From Thermodesulfovibrionales bacterium (GTDB taxonomy: Bacteria; Nitrospirota; Thermodesulfovibrionia; Thermodesulfovibrionales; SM23-35), in contig CAVQRT010000003.1 of assembly GCA_963715195.1 (NCBI GenBank), forward strand, positions 96,001 to 160,000: 64,000 nucleotides of DNA. The letters are read 5' to 3'. The position numbers were made by a program, and so were the translations under genes. Below, piece by piece: positions 32,822-43,565 of this stretch. The notes beneath the pieces are model-generated. The model saw nothing but the letters and a program-made list of their open reading frames with translations, did no database searches and was not told the DNA's origin. Within the stretch, counting starts at the first letter, position 1; every line of letters starts with the position of its first letter.

Positions 32822-34225
32822 TCAAATATCATCGACATTCACTACTCTCAGGATGGCTCCTATTTGGTTAACATCATTATTCAGTTTGTCCATCAGCCGG
32901 TTTAGATCTAAGCGATGCTCATCCTTATAAAAAAGGAACAGCCCCATCATCTTCTCTCTCTTTCTGTCGCGAGGCTGATTTGATAGTCCCATTTTTTGCA
33001 TCAACGGCATAAGTGTATCGGTTATCTCAGAAACACTGTTAAATCTTTCTGCCGGGTCTTTCCGTATGCTCTTTACGATAACGCTCTGGAGTTCCTCCGG
33101 AAGATCGGGAATCAGAATACGAGGGTCCGGAGTATTTTCGTTTAAATGCAATTGCAGCAATTCCCCAAGATCGTCTTCAGGAAACGGCCTTTTCCCGGTG
33201 AGCAATTCGTAGACCATGATCCCAAGAGAATAGATGTCTGTACGTTCATCAACCGGTTCACCCTGTATCTGTTCGGGAGACATATAAAAAAGAGTGCCGG
33301 GCATATTGAAATCCATGCTGCCTTGCGGACATGCAAGGCCGAAATCGACAATCTTTGCCTGCCCGTCCGGTTGTATATAAATATTGGAAGGCTTGATATC
33401 CTGATGGATGATATCTTGTTTGTGGGCGTATTCCAATCCGGAACACACCTGTAAAATAATATCCAAAAGCACGGAAAGTGATGGCCTCGGCATATTTGCG
33501 AGTAGATATTCAAGAGAAGATCCCTCGAGGAATTCCATGATAATAAAGACCGTCCGGAAACGTTCTTCTATGTCGTACACTTTCACAATATTCGGATTGT
33601 TCAGACGGGCTATGGTCTTTGCTTCGTACTCGAACTTTTCCAAGAACTCCGGATCCATGGCAATATTATGTTTCAGCATCTTTACGGCAACCGGCAATTT
33701 CAGAACAGTATGTACACCCTTATAGACGATGCTCCAGGCCCCCTGGTCAAGGACTTCATGTATGGTATATTTTCCAATGGTTCTGTCGGCGGTAATTTTT
33801 GAGGAAGAGAACCGTTGCGCAACTATTTCGGTCAAAATATTTCTGAGATCGGCAAATTCATGGCAGAGGTTATCGAACTGTTCCCTCGTCAGACTCCATA
33901 AATCCATATCCGTTTCGGCATCAACATGAGTGCTCCTGCGGTTCACCTGTTAAACCGCCATCTCTCCCACCACGTCTCCGGCTTTGAGGCGAGCGACTGC
34001 ATTTAGAGTATTGTCCTTTTCCACATTAACGATGCACGATCCACTTTGGATAATATAAAGACTGTCTCCCTCATCTCCTTGTGTGATAAATCTCTCTCCT
34101 GCTTTAACCTGTTTGAATTCCAAATTGTCCAACAATGGAGCGATTGAATCATGGGGTATAGAAGTCAAGAGTTTTGTACTCAGAAGGAACTCAACAGTGG
34201 ATACCTCGTGATCTCCCCTTCTCAA
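32822..34225 (-). CDS. Cyclic-nucleotide-binding domain + Hanks-type Ser/Thr kinase, frameshift near 33950
   Basis: FITQGDEGDSLYIIQSG...GDVVGEMAV continues into RSTHVDAE; kinase motifs VAVKML, HQDIKPSNI, DFGLA, GTLFYMSPEQ, DIYSLG. Confidence 0.85.
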
Positions 34226-34262
34226 TGTAAGTCACCTTCCACGATCTTGAAACCCGCCATAG

Positions 34263-34544
34263 TCAGGGGTGGGTGAATTTTACGTCTGTCCACATGACGT
34301 GGGCTTTTACCTTTGAATCCCCCGCCTTGATATTCATCCTCTTCCCAATTGGCAAGGCTATTTTCTTATTCAACTCGATCCCAATTCCATGGTGAGAAGC
34401 ATTCGTGAGAGTTGCATTGACTCTCTTTTTATGAAGTAAAAATGAAAGTGGAATCTGTTTTTCAGTTCGAGGTTCATTCCTGCGCTCAACTCCATGTGAT
34501 GCGACAGACGATATGTCGTGCACTTTTGAATTTTTTCTGCCCAT
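34263..34544 (-). CDS. PilZ domain protein (C-terminus probably frameshifted)
   Basis: RRNEPR (RxxxR) and NASHHG ([D/N]xSxxG) c-di-GMP-binding motifs. Confidence 0.7.
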   Translation of the reverse strand: MGRKNSKVHDISSVASHGVERRNEPRTEKQIPLSFLLHKKRVNATLTNASHHGIGIELNKKIALPIGKRMNIKAGDSKVKAHVMWTDVKFTHP

Positions 34545-34722
34545 TCTTACCAGATTTCAGGATGCTCCAGAGTTCATCATAGGTGATAAATATTTTTTTC
34601 CCCTTAACTCCAACTTTTTCTGCCACGCCGAGGATACTCCGGGGTTTATTTTTCTCTTTTCGAAAGATCCGGACGACATAGGTTTCCAAAATATCCCCCT
34701 TTTGGAGATTATTAAAACCCAT
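34486..34722 (-). CDS. Small hypothetical protein (true start possibly TTG near 34689)
   Basis: ETYVVRIFR...ILGVAEKVG...F...DELWSIL looks protein-like and is in operon order with pilZ. Confidence 0.5.
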   Translation of the reverse strand: MGFNNLQKGDILETYVVRIFRKEKNKPRSILGVAEKVGVKGKKIFITYDELWSILKSGKNGQKKFKSARHIVCRITWS

Positions 34723-34745
34723 GGGAGGTTACAGATAGGTTACAG
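34711..34745 (-). promoter_or_regulatory. Direct-repeat operator/promoter box, copy 2
   Basis: attaaaacccatgggaggttacagataggttacag. Confidence 0.6.
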
Positions 34746-34754
34746 GAAAATAAA

Positions 34755-34970
34755 GTGCTGAAGGATGAAGGCTGAAGGGTAGAAAAAAGAGAGAACTGGA
34801 GAGCTAAAGACTGAAGTTCTAAAAGCTAAAAAACTCAAGAATGGGGAGCTGAAGGCGAAATAGACTGAAGGATGAAGAAAGTAGAACTGAAGTGCTGAAG
34901 GATGAAGGCTGAAGCTTTAAGTCTAAAGACTAAAGATCTTAAGGCTGAAGTAGAAACAAACAGAGTCTAA
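34755..34970. repeat. Degenerate tandem array of 7-8-nt units (GCTGAAG/ACTGAAG/GATGAAG), with inverted units at 35322-35366
   Basis: gtgctgaaggatgaaggctgaag occurs twice; cttcagccttcatccttcagtgc lies downstream of the four-helix-bundle gene. Confidence 0.8.
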
Positions 34971-35010
34971 GTTGTTGAATTTAAGATCTTATCGTGCTAT
35001 CCTGTTGGCT

Positions 35011-35373
35011 ATGTCGAATTACAGAAAACTGATCGCATGGCAAAAATCCGACGAGCTTGCTTTAATGGTATACAATGTTACGAAGAATTTCCCTAAGCAG
35101 GAGTTATTTGGTCTTACCTCGCAACTGAGGAGAGCAGCTCTTTCTGTACCCACAAATATTGTTGAAGGATATAATAGAAAAAGCAAAAAGGAATTACATA
35201 GATTTATTGATATCGCATTAGGTTCGCTTGCTGAAACTGAGTATTTAATAGAGTTTTCCCAAAAACTTGGCTATATAAAAGGTGATATTTCTCATATCGA
35301 AACCGCTATCGTTGAAATTGGCTTCAGCCTTCATCCTTCAGTGCTTTTTGCTCTTCAGCGCTTCAGGATTTGA
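35011..35373 (+). CDS. Four helix bundle protein (23S rRNA IVP / TIGR02436-like), C-terminus replaced by repeat-derived sequence
   Basis: YRKLIAWQKS, FPKQELFGLTSQLRRAALSVPTNIVEG, FIDIALGSLAETEY, LGYI. Confidence 0.85.
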   Translation: MSNYRKLIAWQKSDELALMVYNVTKNFPKQELFGLTSQLRRAALSVPTNIVEGYNRKSKKELHRFIDIALGSLAETEYLIEFSQKLGYIKGDISHIETAIVEIGFSLHPSVLFALQRFRI

Positions 35374-38300
35374 GCCCTGAGTGCTTCTGTTTCAGGTGAA
35401 GGCTCTAGTCCCAGCGCGGCAGAAGTTTTACGACGACGATTGTAAACCGCACGGGCTTCTGCTCTTCTTCCCATACGCTGATAGCGGCCATGAGTCGCTG
35501 GTAAAAGTTTTGGGCGAGGTCATCCACTTCAATGCCCTTGCGAAAAAGGGATTTTGCGCTTTGCACTTCTCCCCTCTTTTCGAAAAAAGGCCAGCCATCT
35601 CAATATTTGAAGAAATCTATTCTAGATGTTCACGAAAAGGATGCTACCCAGGGCTCACCTTCATCAGCCAAAAAATGCCCCGCATTAATTTCAAAGCTCT
35701 TGCGAAAGCGACATGATATTCAATTTGATTTCCCCTGTCATTCCTCCCGTCCAAACAGATCTTCCAAACGATTCAGAATTCTCTGCAGAAACCACGCATC
35801 AACCCAACAGCAACGGTCGATTGTTATTTTTCCATCACTGACGATCAGGGCTTTTTCACTGTGTCTCGGAGTTCACGGAGACGAGATAAGTAGGTTTGAA
35901 AGTGATATGACCGACCATCACCATATGCATCTAGCAGGAACATAAATGAGACGATCTTCTGAAACACCTTTTCCCTCCGCAAGCAATCACTGCTTTCAGA
36001 GCAGAAGCAGTTTCAATAGCACCTCCCCGGAGCCTCACGGGCTGCCCTGCTTTCCTAACCCAAACCGACCCAAGGTATTCAGTGTTTCCAACGGCCAGGG
36101 CCATCGTTCATCAACTGCAAGAAGTATCTGGAGAAGGTGGTCTTGTTTCTTTCGAATAGGAGTCTTTATATATTTTTCTTCAATTCCATGCTCAGTGCTT
36201 TCGTGAGGACAGTTTCCAGAGACACAAGGTTCAAGAGGCATCAATAGATTCATCGATCCTTTTTCTCGTCCTTTCTTCATCCCCTTGCGTATTGCCCTGA
36301 GAGCAGGCACTTCTTTTCCCTTCCTCAGGTAGAAGTATGCCTCAGTAAACAACAGGATGAAGGGCACAAATTCATTGTTGCTTTGCAATCCCAATGGTGT
36401 GAGCTCGTGAAAGACTTTTGAATGCCTGATTATTCTCCCCAAAGGCATTTGCAAGATAGGCTTTCCAGTACATAGGCGACAGAAGGGGTCCATGGATTAC
36501 CGATATCTTCACACAGCCTCAGACATTCTTCAGCATGAGTTGATGTTTGAGAGAGACTACCCTGATACAAGGCTACCCAGGCAGCACAGTAATGGTTGAA
36601 ACTCTTCTCCCAAGGCTTCATCAGGCTTGATGCAGAGATCATTTTTTGAAGACCGCTTTGCCTGAGGACTATTTCCACTTTTTAATGAGCTGATTAACCG
36701 TGTCCCAACAGCATATGTTCCATAACTCTGATTTTAAGGGATCGTGCCAGTTCAAGACCTTTCGACAACCACGTTCCCGCATTGTTTTTACATCGACATC
36801 ACATTAAAAAAAGCGGCCCCGAACCAGATCACAGTTAATATAATCAATGGAGGTGCATCATACCGTTCAATCATGCCCTGCAACGTTTCGAGGGCAATCT
36901 GCAATGCGCCGATTCGCCTAAACTATACAGGTAACTGGCCTCAGCAGTTGACATCATTATTTTCTGATATTCTTCCGAGGTCCTGTCAGTGATGGTGCGG
37001 ATGCAGTTTACCCATTTCTCCGCATCAATAGTTTGAGGTTTCCTCAGGTGAGTATCTTAAAGACGCTTAACACGACTTCGACCTCGGTATCTTCAGAAGG
37101 AATCCCCCATACTGTTGTATCATCCGTTCGCCTTCTTTTACCGAATTGGTCAAGCGATTTCAGACTTCTGGCCGAGTATGATCGATTCCACAGCCCGGCC
37201 CATGCCAGAAAAGACGCTGCCGCTTCATGAGATTCCCGAAAATCATAAAGTGCCTTCTCGAATACCTGCTGGCTCTATCTGGAAAACGGCATTCTGGATA
37301 CGCCTGACCAGGTAGAGCGACCAAGGATCAGCAGGTACAGCTTCTTCAGGAACAATGACCAGCCAGTTTTGGAGCGTCCCGTCTTTCCTGTCTTGTTGAG
37401 GACGGTGCCCATTTTAGAAGATAATGGATATCAGACTTTTTACGTCTCCAGATTCATGAATCAAACGAACGGCATCTTCTGCATGTTCTCATTCTTCAAG
37501 GAGCATTGCGGAATCATGTTTGATCATCGATGACTTGGCTGGGTCCAATGCACTTTTTGCCATGGAAAGTAAAAACTGCCCGGAAAAGCTGGTGATACCG
37601 GTAAGAAGTGCTTCCCTTCAATATTTTTTCGTGTGAGTATTCCTCTATAAAAAAACATCCCCTGATCAGGTCGTCCAGGATGGTATCGACATGTTTCATA
37701 CGAGTAAGTTTAGCGGCCATGTCACTACTCATTACAGGTAAGAAGCATGTCCTGAGCAAGAAGTCCTGCGTATTCTTGTCTGTCTTGAAAAAAACCTCTT
37801 GACCAAAATAGTCAAAGATATTCTGTGACGAAACCGGGACAGGTAGTCTCTCGTTATGAGACTCTGCATCGCTGCTCTTAAGAAAAAGCATGAGCCCGGC
37901 AGCCCAGCCGTTTGTCTTATCAAAAAGAGCACGAAAAACATTTTCCGGAAACCCACCCGGCATCTCCTTCTCAATGAGGTCCCTTGTCTCTTCCACAGTA
38001 AACTTCAGTGCATCCCAACCAATAATATGAGCCGACCCATGAACGATAAGACGTGCGAATGCAGGCGGTGGGTCCTTTCTGCTCAAAATGAAAAAGGTAA
38101 AACCTTCGGGAACCCCTCGTAATACATTGGCGATAATTGCATGAAACCTTGAACTGGCAGGCATTTCATGATAGTTGTCAATAACAAACATAAAAGGTTT
38201 ATTGATTCTGCTAAAGATTGCCTCGAAATAGCGATGGGAAAAAATAAGATCTCCACGTGCATGTTCAGCCGTATAGCGGGGCAATAGATGCCTTTTCTTA

Positions 38301-38605
38301 GGAAATAATTTCCGAAGGGCAATTTCCGTATAATAAAAAAGGTCCCAATGTCTTTATCTCCTTCATCGACCGAATACCATAAACAGGGAATATTGCGGTC
38401 AGATGCATAACTTGAGACAAGCGAAGTCTTGCCTGATCCGGGCCGGGCTCACGACAAAAGTTACCGGTGATTTTCTGCTGTTGTCGAGAATTGTGAAAAG
38501 TCGCCGTCGTGGCAGTATTCCAGCCACAGCAGGGCGGGCTATTTTCGGGAATAAAAGGAATCGTTTTTTGGTACGATTATTTTTTATCCCATCTATTCCC
38601 TCCAT
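35355..38605 (-). pseudogene. MalT-like ATPase/TPR + BTAD (SARP-type) transcriptional activator, heavily disrupted
   Basis: KIARP...LPRRRLF...SPA (Walker A region), FVIDNYHE, ILSRKDPP, TNGWAAGL, IFDYF, YRYHQLFR, WPWPL...LGRF; C-terminal GIEVDDLAQNFYQRLM...GRRAEA...LGLEPSPETEAL. Whether the decay is real or sequencing error is unresolved. Confidence 0.75.
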
Positions 38606-38626
38606 TCAACTAATTCCAGAAAATAT

Positions 38627-39395
38627 TTACACCCTTATCGTATCCCCATCCTTCAATATCCTCATGTGCATGAGGCTGAGTTTCTTCAGTTCATTTTTGA
38701 TAATTCCTTGATACTGTGGTTTTAAATGCGTAATACAGAGCTGCTCCGGTTTCTGTTGTATTTTCGCCAGTTCTTTTACCAGCAATTCCGGCGTCAGGTG
38801 TCCGCTTCGTAACGCCATTGCGCTCAAGGCATTGGGGAATGAAACGTCGATGATGAGGCAATTCAGTTTCTTATTCCCGAGTTTTTCCCACGTTCTTGCA
38901 GACGGCCCCGTATCCCCGGTATAAAAAAATATTCTACTCTTTCCATCTTCGACAAGATATCCAACTGCTGATACAGTGTGATTCACCTCGTATGGAGTAA
39001 TGGTGTAACTGTTCACACGGATTGATTTCCCGGTCGAGAGCTTCACAAGGTTCAGTATCGCATCGTCAGGCTTGGGGAGGATCGTAAATCGGGCCACATG
39101 GCGCTGTTGAACAAGTGCTCCTTTATCATTCTTAAAACCGGGGGGATACGATAGAGCGAGACTTTATTCTGTTTTTTTGAAACGATAATATTATCGGCAA
39201 GAAATGGAATGCTTGCGATGTGATCAAGGTGCGCATGAGTGATGAAGATATGTTTTATTTTCATCTGAGCCTTTTCATCCAGCGCCCCGGTAAAGCTTCC
39301 TGCATCGAATATGATTTCTTCATTCAGAAAGAAAACTCGGGGGTCTTATGCCCCGGCAATTCCGCACCCGAACAGCCTATGACCTTGATTTTCAT
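38627..39395 (-). CDS. Class II (metallo-beta-lactamase fold) 3',5'-cyclic-nucleotide phosphodiesterase, frameshifted
   Basis: MKIKVIGCSGAE, FITHAHLDH, HLFNSAMWPD, VNHTV, YTGDTGP, SFPN, GHLTP, ITHLKP. Confidence 0.85.
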
Positions 39396-39468
39396 GGTAT
39401 GCTCCTGATTACTTCCGCCAGTCCCACATTTATTGAATTTCGTCCATAAAGTTCCTACCTATATAGTC

Positions 39469-39543
39469 CGTCATTCCCCGACTTGGCCGGGAATCCATTT
39501 CTCGAGACAGCTCCTGATTGTCCGGTCATGCGGGACAATGACA
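39469..39543. repeat. REPIN-like palindrome (GTCATT...AATGAC family); related copies at 14817-14912, 42049-42134, 51621-51708 and 53148-53220
   Basis: Each copy starts GTCAT, ends ATGAC and contains two internal hairpins such as cccgacttgatcggg and ccggtcaagccgg. Confidence 0.8.
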
Positions 39544-39563
39544 AAACATTAATTTATGTTGCT

Positions 39564-42021
39564 TTACGAAGAGACCTTGTATATCCTTACCCCCTGCTCT
39601 TTCCCTTTCACTTTAACCTTTGCGAGATCAATAAATTTCACCCCGCTCATACTACCAGATTCGATGCTCTTTCTGATATGCTCATAGGTAGGTTCTGTAA
39701 TCAGTATCCTCGGTTCATACTGCCGGGTGATCTTTTCCACCCGCGATGCGAGATTGACTGTGTCACCGATGACCGTGTAATCCATCTTCATGCCCTCCAC
39801 ACCGATGTTGCCGACCAGTACTTCACCGGTGTTGATGCCTATGCCGCAGTTGAGAACCGGCTTGCCCTCCTTCTCCCATTTCTTCTGGAGTTCATCGAGC
39901 GTCTTCGAAACCTCGAGTGCGCACTGAACCGCAAGTTCGGCATGGTTCGGCTGCGGAAAGGGAGCCCCCCAGAATGCCATTATCTGGTCGCCTGCAAACT
40001 CGTCTAGCGTGCCCTGCCACTTAAATATCCCGGTGCTCATTTCTGTAAAGTATTCATTCAGGATCGAGACTACTTCCTCCGGCTGCAGTTTCTCTGAGAG
40101 TGATGTGAACCCAATAAGGTCCATGAATAAGATCGTGACAGTCTTCCTGTCACCGCCGAGATTGACTTCTACGTCTTTGTGGATGATATCTTCGACAACC
40201 TGGGGTGAAAGATAACGGGAGAGATTCGTCCGTATGATCTCTTCCTTTTTGATCTGGTCAACGAGCTTGGCGTTTTCGATAGCCACTGCACCGCTGTTCG
40301 CTAAGGTATTCAAAAGATTGATATCCTCACGGGTGTAAAAATGACCCGACTTCTTGTAGCCAGGGCAAGGGCTCCCTTGACCGTATCCTGATGAAGGAGA
40401 GGCAGCACCATGCTTACCCCCATTCTCGAAAACCGGTCAGTGCAGGTATCCCTGATATCTTTGTAGCGAGGGTCTTCGTTTATGTCGTAGATGGTAATCA
40501 GCTTCTTGTTTTGTGAAATGAGATTGACAAACGGGTCATCGTACTGTATGCATTCGTTTTCATTGGTCTGGACTGATCAGTCTCATCGCCGATAAACATA
40601 GTTTGACATTCTTTCTTCTTGTCATCGAGAATAAGCACGCCGGCCTTATCAATAAACATTTCAAGCCTTGCTGTATTGATGAGCTTCCGAATGATTTCGT
40701 TCAGGTCTAGCATCGAGGTCAACGCATTGCTGACTTTCGTGACGGTCTCCTTGTAATCAAACTTCTTCCGGTAAAAGAGCTTGTCAACGGCGGTCTGAAC
40801 CGTCCTGTTGAGTGGATTGAAAAAGAAAACGACAATAATCGCAAAAAGTACCGGGTAGATTTTTTCTGAGTGTTCGCCGAATACCGGCTCGAACGTCGTC
40901 TGACTCCCACCTGCAGCGAGAAATACGTCAGGCCGACGACAGCGGTCATAATAGCATACCCAACTGCCCTTTTGACGTAGACGTCGACATCGAAGAGGTT
41001 GTGCTTTGCTATTGCATACGCGATAGATGCAGGAAATATGATGATGGGAATCGAGGTAAAATTTGTTATGACTTCAAATCCCACCAACGTTTCCCCCAAG
41101 AATGCGGCAAGGGACCAACTGCCGGTATGGGTAGCGCAAGCAAGGCTCCAAAAAGGACCACCTTCGCACGCTGCCTTGCAAGCACTGATGATTTCTTTGC
41201 AAAAGCATGAAGATTGAAACAATTAATGCGAGTGCACTATGAGCGCATAGAAAAGGACAATGGTAGAAGAATGGTAAACGCAGGTTGGGGATAGGAGATT
41301 TGTATAGGCACAACCAGTACTGTCGATATTATATAGGGAATAAGCTGAAAACGCGGACGTTTGTCGACCAACCTCGATCTTTCGGGGAACAACAGGCTGA
41401 GATGGAGAACGACAGCAGGCAGAAAGGCATCGTCGAAAAGATAAGCCTTACAAATCCAAAGTGTGTTGTTTCCAAATCGAAGGACACGAATGATGAAACA
41501 CCTTGAAGGAGACAAGCGCAGAAAAAACCCAGCTGATCATCGCATCGGGCTTGAGATGAAATACGATAATTCCGAGCAAAAGATAGAAGATGCCCAGGAA
41601 AAAAATGATGCCGAAGGTCAACTAGGTCTATGCCTGTAAAACGCATCGTTGGAACAGTTACCGAAATGACTTCGGCTTCTCTCTTAACCTGGTATTGAAT
41701 CGGGGTACCTACCTTAGTATTCAGGACTATTTCCTCGAGGACCTTTGCGGAAGAGACTTCTTTCCCATTGGCCCTAAGAATCTTGTCAGGATATTTCAAA
41801 CCGGCCTGCGTTCCGGTCCAGTGGTACTGACCAATATATCCGACAACCATCCGCTGATTGACGAGAAACCCCGGGAAAGGCTTATCTAACCATTGCACGG
41901 CGTTCCAGATGCATACTGCACCAATAGTCAAGGCAGCAATAATAAGTGCGATAAAAACAACCCTGCCGATGGATTGTCCGCCTGGTAAGTTTTTAGAAAA
42001 AGAGGATATCATGCTATTCAT
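39564..42021 (-). CDS. Membrane sensor class III nucleotide cyclase (PDZ - multi-TM - GAF - cyclase), several frameshifts
   Basis: WLDKPFPGFLV, AGLKYPDKILRANG (PDZ); TM fragments with SIAYAIAKHNLFDVD; GAF tail LANSGAVAIENAKL; cyclase ILFMDLIGFT, TLDEFAGDQIMAFWGAP, GIGINTG, DYTVIGDTVNLASRVE, KVKGK. Confidence 0.85.
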
Positions 42022-42260
42022 ATCTAAAATTCGGATAAGATCTTTCTCCGTCATTGCCCGACTTGATCGGGCAATCCAGTATCGAATAAAAAGCTCTAAA
42101 GAACTGGATTATCCGGTCAAGCCGGATAATGACACCCACTGGAACGGAGTTCGCCATGAATCTACTCAAGAATAAGCTAATCTCACAAGACAAAAGAATG
42201 CAATAAGTCCTGCCCATTTTTTGGAGAGGAAATTTTCTACGTATGTAAAAATCTTATATC

Positions 42261-43514
42261 TTAAAAATAGACCTGCAGCCCTAATCCTATGTATTGAGAC
42301 TTAAAGATATTATTTGAACCGGCAAATCTGTTTCGATATGAAATGGAGCCAGTGAGGGGAACCGGGAATTTTTTTGCCATATAGAGCGGCAATGTCGAAT
42401 AGGATAATGTGCCGATAAAAACGTGTTCTGTATAATCAGTTTCATCTTCCAGTGATTTGTATGCATATCCTTTATTACCTGAAACATCATCTTTCAAGGC
42501 AAATCCGTATTTATAATTTAAAGTCGCATCAAATCCAGGTGTTATGGTGTATTTCCCTGACACATCAATTTCAATAACATCACCGATGTCCCTATCAACT
42601 TTCTCCTTGTTAGCAGTAATTGGCAGGTCTACATCATCGGGGATTCTTAATTTTTCATGATCAGGCAATATCAAATCATATCTGAATGTTGCGTTGAGCA
42701 CCAAATTCTTTATGCCGGTGTAATCATTGTTTAAACGGAAAAGCAGTGCATAGGCACCAGTTCCTATTGGATAGGCAGTTAAATCATCAGGATCGTCTAT
42801 CTCACCGCTTGGAAACCTCACCCCTCCGGTAAAAGCAAGCCTCCAGTTGTCCGTCTTCAAATATTGATATCTGGCTCCCAATTCAATATCACCTATACCG
42901 TTATTCTTAAAAGTTCCGAACTCCTTATATCCGAAACCGGGAACGTCAATAGTCCCATCCCCATTGATATCAAGGCCCTTAGCTAAAAGAGCTATGACAT
43001 CCTTTTTCGTCAGGGGAACTGTTCCCGGACAGCGAGGGGGACAAGGTTATTTAAAGCAGCATTTTTACCGAACGGTTGCAGCAGAGGTATCCAGACTCGA
43101 TTTCACCTCATTCTTCACCCACCAATACGGCAGTAAAATTCCCACCGAGAGCTTGTCAGTTACACCGTACATGAAGGTCATTTCCGTTATTGTGAAGTAA
43201 TAATCAAACGAAACATCAGTTCTCCCAAGATTTGCGGATCCCGGCGGCATGCCGAAAAAATCTTCTATAAGGCTTAAATCAGTAAAGACGGTGCTATCCA
43301 AAGTGGTATTGTAATCTGTTGCTACGTCCTCGGTATCGCCATCAGGGTCATAACGCTCATTGATCTTGAAATAAAACTTGCCGTCGAGGCTGATATTTGC
43401 CACCCCCTTAGGCAACACTTCAGCGCTGTCGGCATAACAAATAGCAGCGATTGCCAAAAAGATGAGACAGATTAAGAAGCTACTTCCATACATCATGCGT
43501 CCTCGCCTTTTCAT
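42261..43514 (-). CDS. Outer-membrane beta-barrel (putative transporter), frameshifted
   Basis: Signal peptide; YGVTDKLSVGILLPY; GIGDIELGARYQY; GGVRFPSG; amphipathic C-terminus GLGLQVYF ending in Phe. Confidence 0.7.
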
Positions 43515-43565
43515 GGTTTTCCCCCTTTTTTGAATTCTCATTGACCATTATATAACATCATGTGC

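Noticed and set aside
34755..34970. CRISPR array or coding microsatellite
   Set aside because: Degenerate 7-8-nt units without spacers; fits the arrays that flank four-helix-bundle genes.
20130..35373. Diversity-generating retroelement (Avd-like four-helix bundle plus near-identical repeats)
   Set aside because: No reverse transcriptase in the window, and the repeat differences I checked are synonymous C/T or C/G changes rather than adenine-specific.
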